From contig CM022671.1 in NCBI GenBank assembly GCA_012295275.1, positions 5,084,001 to 5,148,000 on the forward strand: a stretch of 64,000 nt of DNA, read 5' to 3'. The position numbers were made by a program, and so were the translations under genes. The notes under the pieces were generated by a model that was given only the letters and a program-made list of their open reading frames with translations, did not search any database and was not told the DNA's origin. This document shows positions 49,097 through 63,760 of the stretch, piece after piece; within the stretch, counting starts at the first letter, position 1, and the number at the start of each line of letters is the position of its first letter. Source of the stretch: Chrysomallon squamiferum (Eukaryota; Animalia; Mollusca).

Positions 49097-50318
49097 ATAT
49101 GTACCATGTGTTTTGATAGCATCACAGTGCATCACTAATTTATTTTGAAATTAACACTAATAGCTATAATAGTAAAAACATTTATGTATCATCTTGTAAA
49201 TTTTTGTTTCTGTTTCTTTGTATTTCTTTTTTATTATTATTATTTACAATTAACAACACACCTAGTTATTTGAAAACGATTAAAATTCATTAATGTGTAT
49301 TTACCCCGAAGAATTAAATGATTTTTTAAAGATTATTTATTTGTTTATTTTTTAATCTTAAGTTTGGGTTGGAACTGCTGATTAAAATATTCACTTTAAG
49401 TAGACTTAAGTTCTTTCTTTGCTATTTTCTTCAGAGTGGTAACGATCAAGCATCGCTCAACAAGCAGGCTTTGTCGACACGTACACTAAAATCGATCTCA
49501 AAATAAAAACGTGTCGGCGTCGAAGATTAAATAATTACTACGTGGTTCAGATTCTGGATTCACTGGGCGGGTCCCTTATCGTCAAGGAAAAAGCTATATC
49601 TGACGATCAAACATTTTCTTATTAACAGAAATCAATTTTCTTTATTAGCCATTGCCACTAAGACAAATATCCCAGAGTAAATTAATGTGTGGCATGTTTG
49701 CGAGAAACCAGGTTGGTTACTTTAAGAAGAAATGAAGAAAAAAGAAGAAGAAGAGGGGAAAATAAAAAAAAAAAAGACTTCAAAGCAGATATCGGTATCA
49801 TAGGCTGTCGGGCAATGAGAACGACACAAGTTAAAACAAACAACATCGCATTTAGGCGGAGGTATCCGTTTGAAGAAGCATTCCATGGAGGAGCACCTTG
49901 CAGTGTGGAAAACACAGACAAAACCGTGATGGCGGATTGCAATATGGTCTGACACCATAGTTATTTTACTTGAGATATCTGGATGGTTTTTTTTTTTTTT
50001 TTTTTTTTTTACATAACTGATCGTGTTTATAAGTTCATCTGTACTGATATAAGAACAAAACCACGTAAGATGGTACATTATGAAAATCAGTTAAAATAAA
50101 AAATCAAAAATATATTGTTATTAATACTATTATTATTTTTGTTGTTATTATATTTAGTTTTATTAAAATAAATAAATAAATAAAACTACAATTATTACTT
50201 ATTAAATTGTTTTCTTCAATAATTCTATTAATGCACAATCATTTAAATGAAATTTGATTCCAATCTGAACCGCTCACTCCCAACATTGTTTCTATTTTCT
50301 TTCTTTCTTTTTCTTCTT

Positions 50319-50349
<31 letters not shown>

Positions 50350-52363
50350 TTATTATTATTATTATTATTTTCAAATTTCCTTTTCCAAATTCGCGTATTA
50401 ACCTTTTCTGAAATCTTGATGTCGCCAACCGTTACTACTACTACTACTACTACTACTAAATAAATAAATACTAATCAGTATTTAAAAGTAGTTGTATTAT
50501 ATACTTTTCCCCCACTGTTAATACATAACTATTGTCTCCCCTTATTGAAAATTATTTTGTTATATTTCCCTTACTGATGTCCGAGGCGATGCAAGTTAAA
50601 GCTCTCCATTACAAAATAAAAAGATATTACGAATTTAAGGACATTTTGGAGGTCTTGCAGTTACATATTTATAATTAAACATATTAATCGTAACACAATA
50701 CATAATTTCTCCATCATTGCTCTTTCTTTTTTTCTTCTTTAGAAAAAAACAAAAACAAGCAACAAACCCCACAAAAATACAGTTCTATTTTCCTTGTAAC
50801 TTTTCTCTATGATAGGCAGTAAAAGTGGAAAACTGTTTATGATGACCTTTTTGTTATTATAAATATATACCAGTATTAACTTCTTTCTCAACATTATTTA
50901 GTCTCTCTCTCTCAAACACACACATACATATACAGACACACACACATGCGCGCGCGTGTATATGTACCTGTATATAAACCACATATTAATTAATACATAT
51001 AAATCTTAATGGCGTAGGTCTAAAGAAAAGTATACATATGCAGTGATGTACGCAATTTATCGAAATGAGTGTCGAATATTAATTATTTAAATATTTTACG
51101 TAATACAACTTGCTCTAATTAGCTCATACTTCGCATTCGCACGGCAACAAAACTAATCTCAACACAATGATCAGGTTCCGAGTTATTTTTCTGTTAATCC
51201 ATCAAGGTCAGTATCAATGTTATCCAATCATGACCAGACATCGGAGCCGTCATTTTGTCGATACAATACTTCCCTTTGTTTTTCCTCCCTTCAAAGACAT
51301 ACTGCCTTAATTTTTCAATTTTTCAAAATATTATCAAATAAATAATGTTCTTGGGGGTTCATGAACAGGCGTATAAACACTAAATTCATGATTAAACATT
51401 TAAGTAAACCGCAAATAACTGCTGTCTTGTTCGATCACGTTGCGTCAATATGGCGGATTGCTTGATGCGCCATGTTTACGATTTCTTGGCTTGTCAAAGA
51501 CAAAGGGACGTTTTTATTCCGTTAAGGTCAGCGAAATGATATGAAGACACACATCATAAATTCATAACGTATTTAACATAATTATTTAAAATAAAAATAA
51601 ATGTTATGAGGCACGTAATAATGGGGGGGAAGGGAAGAAATAAAAGAATACCTTTGAAAAACTGGACAATGAAATGGTAAAAACAATGAACCTGTATGAT
51701 GATGTTGAAATCGTGTTGGAGATGATGATACTGATGAAAATGATGATGATGACGATGATGATAATAATAATTATTATTATTATAAATGTATTGACAAAAT
51801 TCAGGATAATATATTTTAAAAAAAAAGCCCAAATAAACCAGAGAAAAAATAAAGTAATAAATAAAAAATCTAGATGAATGAACCATGAATAAGGAACCAT
51901 AATATAGTCAAAATCAAGCTGTATTTTAAATTTTAAATTAATTGCGATGGTAGCCATAACGACGATAATAGCATATACTAAGATAATTATAAAGATGAAA
52001 CTTAGAATTAATGTGCGTCTCAATATTTTATTTCTAGATTAATATTTATATTTACGTGAATATTATAGTTTGTTTTATTCAAAATGTACATGAATATCTG
52101 TTTTACATGAATGTCTCTGTGTGTGTGTTATATTTAAAACATTATTTCATATACTGAATAAATATTTTTAACAAAAATGTAACGAATTGCAGTTGTCACC
52201 AGATACTAAGTAATGTTGTAGTTACCTCCCCTAATGAAGTTTATACGATATTGTAATGTACGAAAGAAACTAAAACCAAGAAAAATATATAAATAAAATA
52301 AATAAATAAAATAAAATAAGAAAAACTAAAGAAAATAATTTACAAAAAAAAAAACGAGAAAAT

Positions 52364-52454
<91 letters not shown>

Positions 52455-53939
52455 GAATGATTACGGCTACTGAAAACAGTTTAGGAATATATGTTTACAA
52501 TAATATTCTACTCAGACAATATTCGAGAACGCACGAAAACAGCTATCAAACGTCTTCAATTAAAACCTTCGAAATACCAGATTCCGCTGACGAGATTCGA
52601 ACGTATGGCACTACTCAAGAACACTCCCCAGTCGGATGATTAAAAGATTGTTCAGTAGCCGACATTCTTCGTCGTTCATTATATAATTTTATGTATAGAT
52701 GCAATTATTTAACGTATGTGTAGAAGAACTTTTAAATGTACTAGCAACTCTGGCGCTCGCTAGTGGGTGGGTGGTTAAATATTAAAATAAAATATAATAA
52801 CTTAAAACCAAATAAAAATAAAAATAAAATAAAAATAAAAATAAAACCAAAATGCGAATTTTCCTATAAGTCAAATATTCGAGAATCTGATTATTAATTC
52901 TGTTATTTTAGTAAAATTTAAAAAATAGATATATTTTTTTTTTTTAAATAGTGATAAAGGACGGTTCCATGACCAACAGCTAGGATGTTAACATATTGGG
53001 GGCGTCAAAAACCCGTCCCTCTATATGTGCATGTTTCAGTGTACACTGAACTAAAAAACTATCAATTAAAAATCACAGCCACACAACATTATACAGAATA
53101 CAGGTGATAAACAAAACTACACTCTTCTCCACTCTTCCAAGAAACGGAGGCGTATTCCAATTAACGATATTATTTTATTATAATGAAAAGACGGGACACA
53201 CAGTGGACTCGACCGAGATTGTTCCATTGTCAGGTACTAATAAAAAAAAAAAAAATCACGGACCAGTCCACTGGCGTTGGTAAGTTCATCCCAGGTCTCT
53301 GCACAGTTCACGCAGAAATGTGCACGCGCGCACTCGCTGCAGCCACCGATAAGTTCATGTGCAGGTTGACAAGTTCAATGTCAAACCGACCCCCGGTCGT
53401 TAGTTGGTTCCACTCTCAGGTCTCGTTGACTTTCGTACTTGGTCGTGCACCGGTCACCACCCAGAGACCGCCCGTTCACCTTCTTCACGTAATACTGAAC
53501 AGTGTTATTCAGGTTTGCTGTTAAATAACGAATTTGTGATACCGTCGAAAACTAATAACGTGTTGTTATTACGAGACCGGAAGCAAAATAGAATGAAAAA
53601 CTGTTCTGTTTAAATAAATAAATAAAATAAAATAAAATAAAATATATTAAAATAAAATAAAATAAAATAAATAAAATATATTAATATAATCTAAAATAAA
53701 ATAAAATAAAATAATATAATATAAATAAATAAATAATGATAAAGAACAATACTGATATAAAACTAAAATTATATATAACACATATATAAAGTATATAAAA
53801 AATTAATACATCAAAATTTCCTATAGTTATTAGTTAAATTATTCAACGTTTCTTTTAAAGCTAAATTTTATTTCTGTTTAGTTTTAATTAATTATTATTA
53901 GGCATTATTGATGCACTTCGTATTTATGTTATTGTTATT

Positions 53940-53972
<33 letters not shown>

Positions 53973-55824
53973 TTTGCTGTCGGAACATTTAAATCATAAA
54001 TTTTTTTAACTTTCCAAAAAGGACCATTTTCAATATTCTTGGGGGAAGTAAGAAGTCTTTATTTATGATATTGTAAACAGAGATGAAGGTGTATAAACAG
54101 AAGGAGTTAGTTAAAGAAACTGTTAAATTATCGATTTTTATCCCATCTTTCGAAACTATTAATAACAGAATTAATCATATCTGTAAATATAATCTTTGAT
54201 TCATTATTATTTTCCTGCATATTTTGTTATTTAAAAAAATTTATCATCTCCCCTCATATTGCAATAATGGACTAACCTAGAATTGTCCTGGTGTGGCCTC
54301 TTGAACTCCCATCTCACCTCAGTTTTTGTGAAAAGTCGGAACCGCTCGTAAACGGCAACTTTTGTTATATAAATATAATTTTAAAAATTATAATAACTGT
54401 GATTGTATTTAATTATATCGACATCGTAATATTTGTATGATTGATAAAGCATCTGTAATGTAATAAAAAATGAATAAATGAATAAATGAATAAATAGGTA
54501 AAGCTCTGTTTTAAAACTGAATATTAAAACACAACAAAACAAACAATACATAAATAAATAACAATAACAAAGATAAAATAATGTATAATAAAATTAATTT
54601 TTTATGTTTATAAAACTATTTTCTAAATTTATTGTTTAATATAACGAACATTTCTGCTATGCCCAGCTGAAAAATACACATTATCCAAAATATTTTGGTT
54701 ATTTATTCAAAGCTGTGAAAATATATTTGAAAAATTACCGAGTAATGGTCAATTAAAATTAGAAGATTTGGTGTCTTTTTAATTTTTATATACAAATACT
54801 GGAAGATAATGACATTGGTAATTTTTAAAACGGAAACGATTCGAAGACTTCCATGACACCCGCGTTGGAGAAGCGACTCGGTTTCGAAAAGCGAAATAAT
54901 AAATAAATGAATAAAAGAATGAATGAATGAATAAACAAATAATATATATATATATATATATATATAAAATAAAAACATTTTTTTTTTCATAAATCTGAAT
55001 AATAAATATACTATATTTCTAAGCTTTATTTTAAATAATTTATTTCAGCATTATATTTAGCATAAAGTATTAACTCTATTCTCACCTTTGCATATATTAT
55101 TATGAAAACAAGATAAAGTTCGAAATTCGAGATATAAGATCTCATCTCTCCATATTGATCTGAAGATTATGCATGACGTCATTGACAAACAGGTTAGGAA
55201 GAATCGATGAAGATGGAGAGGGTGCTCATACTGACATTAGTAATTAATATTTCATTACGATTCAGTACAGGATGAAAGAAATACTCCGTATTCGCAGTAT
55301 ATGAAGTTTGTAGAAAGAAACAAATAAAAACTACCATGGAAAAAAGATACAGTACATGTGTATGCGTATATAAATGATGTGTTTGTGGGTTGTTGTTTTT
55401 TTACTTTTTTTCAACTCTTAATTCTGATCCTGGCCAACATTATCGTTTATGCACAAATTGTAATATTGACGTAACATGCAAATTAATTGTGTCATGTTTA
55501 CTAATCGCTATAAGATCTTAGATTTAAATTGGAGCAATAAAAAATCTCTCTCTCTCTCTCTCTCTCACACCCACACACACACACACACCTGTATAAACAA
55601 TATATAAAGAAGGTTATAAAACTATATATATATATCATTTTGCATAAATATATTTAAACAGTTTTAAAAAGGATTATTATTTCTTTGATATTTAAAGATT
55701 TGTTTCAACAAAACCCAGTTTTCAACGAAATACAACCAGTTAAAATAATGATTGTATCATGCCCCAAAGTATTTCTTGACGAAGGAAGACAACTGTGAAT
55801 ACACAACGAATTATGTCCCTTGTA

Positions 55825-55835
55825 TTTCGCGGGAA
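55825..55835. promoter_or_regulatory. E2F-like site just upstream of the RFC2 ATG
   Basis: TTTCGCGGGAA (reverse TTCCCGCGAAA) matches the E2F consensus; E2F control of replication genes is established. Confidence 0.55.
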
Positions 55836-55844
55836 TTCGGAAAC

Positions 55845-58800
55845 ATGGCTGACATAGAGACTATGGAAGTGGACCCTTCACCGAAAGAAGATGAAATTAA
55901 AGAAATAAAAGATAGTGGCAGTGGATCTGGAAGTTCTACATATGAAGCGCCATGGTATATGTTGCTTTTATACCACATCTCCTAATTATCACTGAAATAT
56001 AAGACATACATTTTTAGTGAAATGTTTCTTACCTTTAAAGTTTAATTTAATATTTAATTTTTAAATATACTATATAGTATATACTGTTTAAAATTGAGTG
56101 CAAATAAATAAATAATAAAATTAACACTATTGATAATAATAATCAGTATTTATTTAGTGACAACAATAATTTATAAATTAATATAAGAAGTTCAAAACTG
56201 ACAAAATTGAAAATGCTTGTCAGTTGTCTGATCAAAAACATGTATAAAACATTCGACTTTTAACATTGTTTCAATTACTAGATTATTTTTTATAGACAGG
56301 TAAGGAATGACTAATGAATAATATCTTTTTTATGGTTTAACATCTGGATTTAATTTATAATCGTGTATTGGTTTTTTTTTTAGGGTTGAGAAATACCGTC
56401 CAACAAAACTGCATGATATAGTGGGCAATGAAGAGACTGTCAGTCGACTTGAAGTTTTTGCAAGACAAGGAAATGTTCCCAATGTTATCATTGCTGTGAG
56501 TTTCATTTAAAAAAATATATATATTACAAAAAAGAGATAATAATAGTAATAATATGTTAATATATAAGTATTAAATAATGACAGTACTATAATGTTTTCA
56601 TCAATTGTATAATAATAATGTTAAATTATTATTATGACACATATGTCATATCTGAAAGATGAAGTTAATAAAAAAATTTAGTGGACTGAATCTTTCCAAG
56701 TGATAATAAATTGAATATTATAGTTTGAATGAAATCATTACTAATTTATTTTTACACATTAATGATTAATGATTTACAAATCGTTAAAAAGAAAAACCTT
56801 AAAGTTTAAATAAAGTTTGATGACAAACATCCTGTTTTAAAATCTATATTGTGTTAAAATTTTAATTTTTGTTATGTTAGGGCCCTCCTGGAACAGGAAA
56901 AACAACAAGTATTTTGTGTTTAGCTCGGGCCTTACTTGGCTCCTCTTACAAAGATGCTGTCTTAGAACTGAATGCATCCAATGACAGGTGCAGTAAAACT
57001 TGATTAATTAATTATCTTGTGCTCTTGTTAAATGATTAATAATAATATAGTTCATTAATTAAAAAAATACACCCAAAAACAACATTTCTTTTCTCTAGTT
57101 CTTAACTCTATGTTAAATGTAGATTAAACATGTTTTGATTGCATTGCTACATAAAACATTTCTTCTTTCCTTCACTTCTGTCATACTCTCATATATATAA
57201 ATATTAATAATAATTGTTTTTAATTTCAGAAGTAATGAATTAAGGGTCTTTTCTATAAACTAAAATAGATTGATAGATATAGAATGTAAACAGATGTAAA
57301 TATTTACTATAGATAACTGGTATTTTAAATTTATATTGTATTACAGGGGTATTGATGTGGTGAGAAACAAAATAAAAATGTTTGCACAGAAGAAAGTCAC
57401 TTTACCAAAAGCAAGACACAAAATAATAATTTTGGACGAAGCTGACAGGTTGGTTTTTATATTATTTACATAAAAACTTAATTTAAAGAAATCCCTGGCT
57501 CTGTAATTTCTGTACACATAGATTAATTTAACCTTTCTTTTAAAATATATATATACTGGCACTGACAACTTTATTAAATCTAGTTATCACCGAAGGAACA
57601 TTTACACAGGTTCTTTGGTGCTGTTGCTGTCAGTAAACAGTTGTTTGACGTTCAACAGCTGATGATAGAACACTAATCACTGTGCTTTTTTGTCACTGAA
57701 CACAAGAAACTTCAGCTTTACACAAATCAGTAAATATTAGAAGAATTAATTTTACAATTCTTAATAGCATAAATGAACATTTACATATAATATATAAATA
57801 TATTTATTATTTTTTTATTTTTTTATTTTTTAAAATTTTTTATTTATTTTATTTATTTATTTATTTATTTATTTTTTTATTTTTTTTTTTTTATTATTAT
57901 ATTTTTTCAGTATGACAGAGGGAGCCCAGCAGGCACTGAGGAGAACAATGGAGATTTACTCAAAAACAACAAGATTCGCTTTAGCCTGCAACTCATCAGA
58001 AAAAATTATTGGTATGTTTTGTTAGCATTAATATTACTATCAGTGCTTTTTTTTTATGTACTCGTTTGCATTCTGAAGAAAATCAACATTATTTAGGACT
58101 ACTTGTTATCTGAAAAATAATTAGTTTCAAAACATTAAAAATAAATACAGTAAATTCTATTTTCGAAATTTGCATCAGTAAATATTTATTTAAAGTGTGC
58201 CTGTAATATTGCAAGAACATATACATATTGTATCTTTAAAAAAATGTTTTCGTTGAAATTGATTTTTTCTAATAACATGATAAATTCTTTTACTAGCCGG
58301 TCTGTAGTATTTCTGTTATTTTTGGAGTTCAGTGACTCACCAGAAATTATTCTGCTATTGTCATATTTATAATATTAGCTAAGATTGGAATTATTTTTCA
58401 AAAATGATATTGTAGTGGTTTTGCTAAATAAAGAAATGTCTAAAAATAAACTTAAATGCCTTAGTTATTTGAAGAAATTTTTTTAAATTTCTCAGAGCCG
58501 ATTCAGTCTCGCTGTGCTGTTTTGAGATACTCCAAACTGACCGACAGTCAGATGTTGTCTCGCTTACTTGAGGTCTGTGAGAAGGAGAAGGTCAGTTATG
58601 TGGACGATGGTCTTGAGGCCATTATTTTCACAGCCCAGGGCGATATGAGACAAGCACTGAACAATCTACAGTCAACCTTCCAGGGGTTTGGTCATGTGAC
58701 AGCAGAAAATGTGTTTAAGGTATTAATATTTGTTTAAATCTTTTGTTATATGATACTATAGTAAAAACCAGCCTTTGGTGATAATAATGTTAGTAAAAGC

Positions 58801-59855
58801 AAATTAAGTATATTTTTAAAAATTATTTCATACTATAATTTCTTGCTGGAAAGAGATAATTTATCTTTGATTTGTGAAAAAAAAATCAGATTATGTTTTT
58901 CAAATAATTTATATTTCCCTTTTTTTTTTTTAAATTATGTTTGCATCGTAGAAAATTCATTTATCATTATTTTAAAAATTCATTTATAGCTGAACACACA
59001 CTTTTAATTAATGTTTTCATTTTATATCATTTTATTCGTTTAAATTAATGCTTAGATTTAATTCTCAATTATTATTGCACCATACATTTTAAATTAATCA
59101 TTAAAATTAAAATTATTTCAGAATTGTTTATGAATGTTAATTAACAGGTGTGTGATGAGCCCCACCCAGTTTTGATAAAAGAGATGTTACAGCACTGCGT
59201 GGACGGCAACATCGACGAGGCCTACAAAATCATGGCTCATCTGTGGCGACTTGGATATTCACCAACAGACATCATCACCATCGTTTTCAGAGTGTGCAAA
59301 AACCATTCCATGCCTGAGTTCCTCAAACTTGAGTTTATCAAGGTAAAATGTTAAAAATAAAAACATAATAAAATAAATAAATAAAAACATTTTGTTAAGA
59401 AAAAAAATAATTATTATTTCTTAATTTATTTTTTTATAATCTTTGAAAATTAATTATTCTGCTTCAAAAAAATTGTTATAAAGTTGAATGATAAATCCTA
59501 GAATAACTTAAAATTCACTTTGTCAAGGTAAAAATTAAAAAATAGAGTTTAACATAAATTTATATTGCATTTTTTTCATCAAGAATATATGGAACTACTT
59601 GTGAAAATGTATGAGGACAATTCAAAATTTTTTTTATCAATATTTAGCATTTATATATCACTTTTTCCATTATTATTATATTTTATAGTAAATTTTATGT
59701 GCACTGTATTACAGCAATTACTCCATTTAATTTCAGGAAATTGGTTACACTCACATGAGAATTGCTGAAGGAATGGACTCACTTTTACAAATGTCTGGCA
59801 TGTTGGCTGGATGTGTAAAAAATCCTCAACCCCCAGTTCCTTCCAGCGACCTTGA
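55845..59855 (+). CDS. RFC2: Replication factor C subunit 2 (40-kDa clamp-loader AAA+ subunit); exons 55845-55954, 56384-56495, 56881-56987, 57347-57448, 57911-58011, 58496-58719, 59148-59342, 59737-~59855
   Basis: Spliced motifs PWVEKYRP, Walker [37 protein letters not shown], Walker B IILDEADSMT, SRC motif [32 protein letters not shown], all with GT/AG joins. The last exon needs +1 nt near 59809 for the conserved end; as written it stops at 59934. Confidence 0.95.
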
Positions 59856-62800
59856 ACTTTCTTTTCTGTTAATATTGTTACAAGTCATCAAACCAATGAT
59901 ACCAATGAATATGTCCTCATGTTTGAGAGTTTAAAGTGTTACCTCACATGAATGGTACCAGTTTTTTAAGGAATTATGATTATTATCTTTATATTATAAC
60001 TGGTCTCTCTGCTGCAGTTCAGAGGACTGTGTTTATGAGAAGCTGTTCAGGTATTCCAAAAACTTAGCTTTTTCCAGCAAATACACCATCTTACCATTTT
60101 AGATGATTGTGTCTCCTTTCTGCTGTGGAGATTTCGCAAGAAAATCACTCAGGCAATACATCCATACCATATAATCTGATGTAAAGTTGTATCAGGATGT
60201 GTTGATGTTCATTTTATCTTATAAAATGACCTTTACTAGAAACTAGAGTCCTGATGTGGAACTAACTTAATGTTTTAATATTCCAGCTTCAACTCTTTGC
60301 CTGGAATTTAGAGATGTGTGGTATTTTGGTGTATTTATTTTGAGTTAAAAATCATTACCAGTGTGAGTAAAGGTGAACATTGGTGTCAGAAATCACCAGT
60401 GAATTTGTTTTGTTTCTGTTATACTGCATTTGTATTGTATTGTAATAACAAAATCTTTTGCGTTTGTATGTCATTTTAAACAATATAATGTTATAAAAAT
60501 TATACAACTCACCAAATATGGAAAGTTTGTAGTATATCTGATATTAGTTAGCTAGGTTGTTGTTTTTTTTTAACACTTAAAATAACACTAGCAAGATTTT
60601 GGTCCATATGTCTTGAAATTATTTCTATTTATCATCAGTTATTTGACAAAATTGACACATTTTTTTCACTCTTGGTCTCAATACACACTATAAAGCTACT
60701 ATATAACCTTCATTGATTCCGCTCTCAATGCATATAGGTATTGTTTTTTTTTTCATTCTTTTGTTCATGCTACAGTATTTAGTATTTATTATTATTATTA
60801 ATGAACTTCCTAATTTAAAACAATCTCATGAAGATGAAATGTTTTAGATAAATTTTTTAAATGTTTACAAAAGTCATTTGATTTAATAATGTTTAAAGTA
60901 AACTGCAGATAGAATGAAATAGCTAAACAGACTTGAGCAAAAAACATGTTATAATCTATAGACACATTCATGAAACTCACCTATTATCACATAAGACTAA
61001 TAAAAAACTGCAGCTTACATTTTATTATTGTTCTTAAATTTTATTTCATTTGATTGGCTTATATATTTTTTTTTTTACAGATTTATTTTAAATAAAATGA
61101 ACAAAATGATACAAAATGAAAACAAGTCTGATAATTTAAAACAAAAGAAAAAAAAAAGAAAAACAAATAATAGCGCCTGATTACAAGATACACCATTCAT
61201 TCTGTAACACCATTTCCACTTCATGTTAGTATATACTGTGTACAATGTACATCCATCTTATAATAAAATCTTACCTAACAGAACTCGTAAACCACTTTCC
61301 TACTAGACAGTCTATACCATATAATGACACAAATATGTTTATATATTTTCAAATTTTGTATTTTGATGTCGATAAACATTTTACAAAACAATCACATTAT
61401 TTTTATTTTTCTCAGCAGCTAAATAATAAAAAAAATATCAAGGTATGCTTCATTCATAATTACCCAAATATATTTTTTTCTATGATGCCAAAACAAATCC
61501 CTCAGAATTTTGAGGGTGGTATATTGTACACCCACATGACATATAATGTTTGGCCATATATACATCTGTTGTCCTAAAATGAACCCCTCAGAAAAAGAAA
61601 TGCCTTCTCCACTGTATCAGTTTAAATCATAACAAAGATTTTAATTCATATAAAAAAAAAAAAAATAATAATAAAAAAAAATATAATAATAAATAACAAT
61701 AGAAAAATCCCATTCACATAACTAAGTCAGCATAAAGTAAAATATATAGATGAAATGAAATCTGGTTACTGCAAGTAAAATTATTTATATAGACAAAAAA
61801 AAAGAAGTCATTTATTTCAATAAATGACACTTTGTAATATTCTGGAGAATTCCACACAATTTTATTTTCTTCCTTAAGACTATATTCAGTTAAGAGACTG
61901 ATACATAACAAACAGACAAAGGTAATAAAATAGCATTTGTGTTTTTTTCTCTCTCTTTTTTTGGCCATGATTATTTTATTGGCTGTAATGTATGATATTT
62001 CAATGGTTGTGATGAAAACTATGCCATTTAAACTCAATTTTAGTGCAGCAAACAAAGACATACTCAGACTTTAATTGCAGCAGAATCCATTTCCATAAAG
62101 CAAGAAAACGCACAACAGAAAACAAAACAAACAAACTTGCACAACACACTTTTTAAATAATATAGAACCATTCAGTATTCATCCAAACTTGTTATGACAA
62201 AAAATATATATTTAAACATGGCTGGGCTTTTTTAAATTTTATTTTTTTAAATGCTAATAAAGATTTTTCATGAAGGCATTAATTTAAAAAAAAGTGTCTG
62301 TTGAATGGAAGAAATTAATGAAAGTTTATGTGATCAGCATTTAGTTGTTGAGTTTGTTTTAACTTTTTTAAATGTTGAAAATAGCCATGTCATATCGCAG
62401 CCTCTTATTGCCAGTAACAACCAGCCATTTTGTTAATAAGATACATAAAACATTTAATTCAAATTCATCAATACCATAACCTTTTTTATAAATCCTTTTT
62501 CTACACTGCTAACACTAATGAATTTCTGTGCATTACTTAAACATTACCATTACATAAGAGTTCAGATTTAGAGCTAAGACCATACCCATACCCAAACAGA
62601 AAATACAGAAATGAGACTGGTTTACAAATGTTCAAATCGAGGTTAGAAATCTTTTCATCTAATTAAAAAGTGAATAAGCTGGGACTTGGGGATACAAACA
62701 TTAAAAAGTTTTGCATATTATTCTGTTAATATCTGCCAAATAGGAACCTTGAGTTGTATACAGTTTCTGTTAACAGTTATAAAATAGGGCTTTAACAGTT

Positions 62801-63403
62801 TAATTTTTATTTTTGTTGTTTTTTTGTTTTGTTTTGTTTATGATAACATATTAATGTCTAAATCTTGCTGTGAATAATAATTTTTTATTTTACTTTCTAT
62901 TATTAAAATGTTAAACATTTTTTCTTCGTTATAATAACAATAAACAAAAACAAGAATACTAAGGCTATATAGCAATGGCTTAAGGGGTTGAAACCCCCCC
63001 AAAAAACCAGACTTACTAAATCCACATAGACATTTATTCTGAAAGGACCCTAAATTTGCAGCTGTATTTTGGAATCTGCTGGGAACCTAAAATTAATTAA
63101 CTTTCTAAACAGTTAAAAAAGAAAACAACAGTATTCATTGTTATTTTAAAAATGTTTATAATGTTAATCAGTTCTGAACAGCCTAATCCAAAGAAGGTAA
63201 AAGGCAATCATATTTTTGTCATTTCATTCCTTGAATATATTTTAAGAAATGTTTTAAAATGTTTTTATTTTTTTTTACCTAAAAAGATAAGAAAACAAAG
63301 ATAATTACATAAAAAAAATTCTAACCACGATTTTACTAGTTTTTGTAACCAGCAACTACACACTACCAGTTTCCACGCTAATCCATAGGAAAACTATTTG
63401 TTT

Positions 63404-63539
63404 CTATGGCAACACTTCTTTCCTCATTCTTGCCTTCTGGAGAATCTGTGTTCTCTTCCTTCGCTCTATGGCTTTATTGCTGACAGTTTGTTTGAGGGCA
63501 GGCAGAGCAAGTGTGTCATGGAGATACATACCTTCAGGT
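63404..63539 (-). CDS. Terminal coding exon of a CCDC74-like coiled-coil protein (rest of the gene is beyond the window)
   Basis: TTTATTTACAG acceptor, then PEGMYLHDTLALPALKQTVSNKAIERRKRTQILQKARMRKEVLP*. Resembles the CCDC74A/B C-terminus as recalled (LPALKQT..N...ER.KR.Q..QK); not in the ORF track. Confidence 0.7.
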
Positions 63540-63547
63540 CTGTAAAT

Positions 63548-63760
63548 AAACAACATTTAGAGTTATCTCTAGCTGAAAAGCATTTAGAGTTATCTCTGAA
63601 AAATATCTACAGTCATCAATAAAAAAAAACATTTAGTGACAACAGAAAAAAATGTAGTTATCTGTAAGAGTTGTCTCTGATTGAAAAATATTTAGTTTAA
63701 GTTATCTATTTGAAAAACATTTAGTCTTTTCTACTGGAAAAACACAAAACAACATTTAAA
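63548..63760. repeat. ~30-bp degenerate tandem repeat (AACATTTAGAGTTATCTCT) in the last intron of the CCDC74-like gene
   Basis: Recurrent motif. Confidence 0.6.

Noticed and set aside
53183-53524. 113-aa ORF in the GC-rich island
   Set aside because: No recognisable motif; crosses a poly-A run; no exon partners
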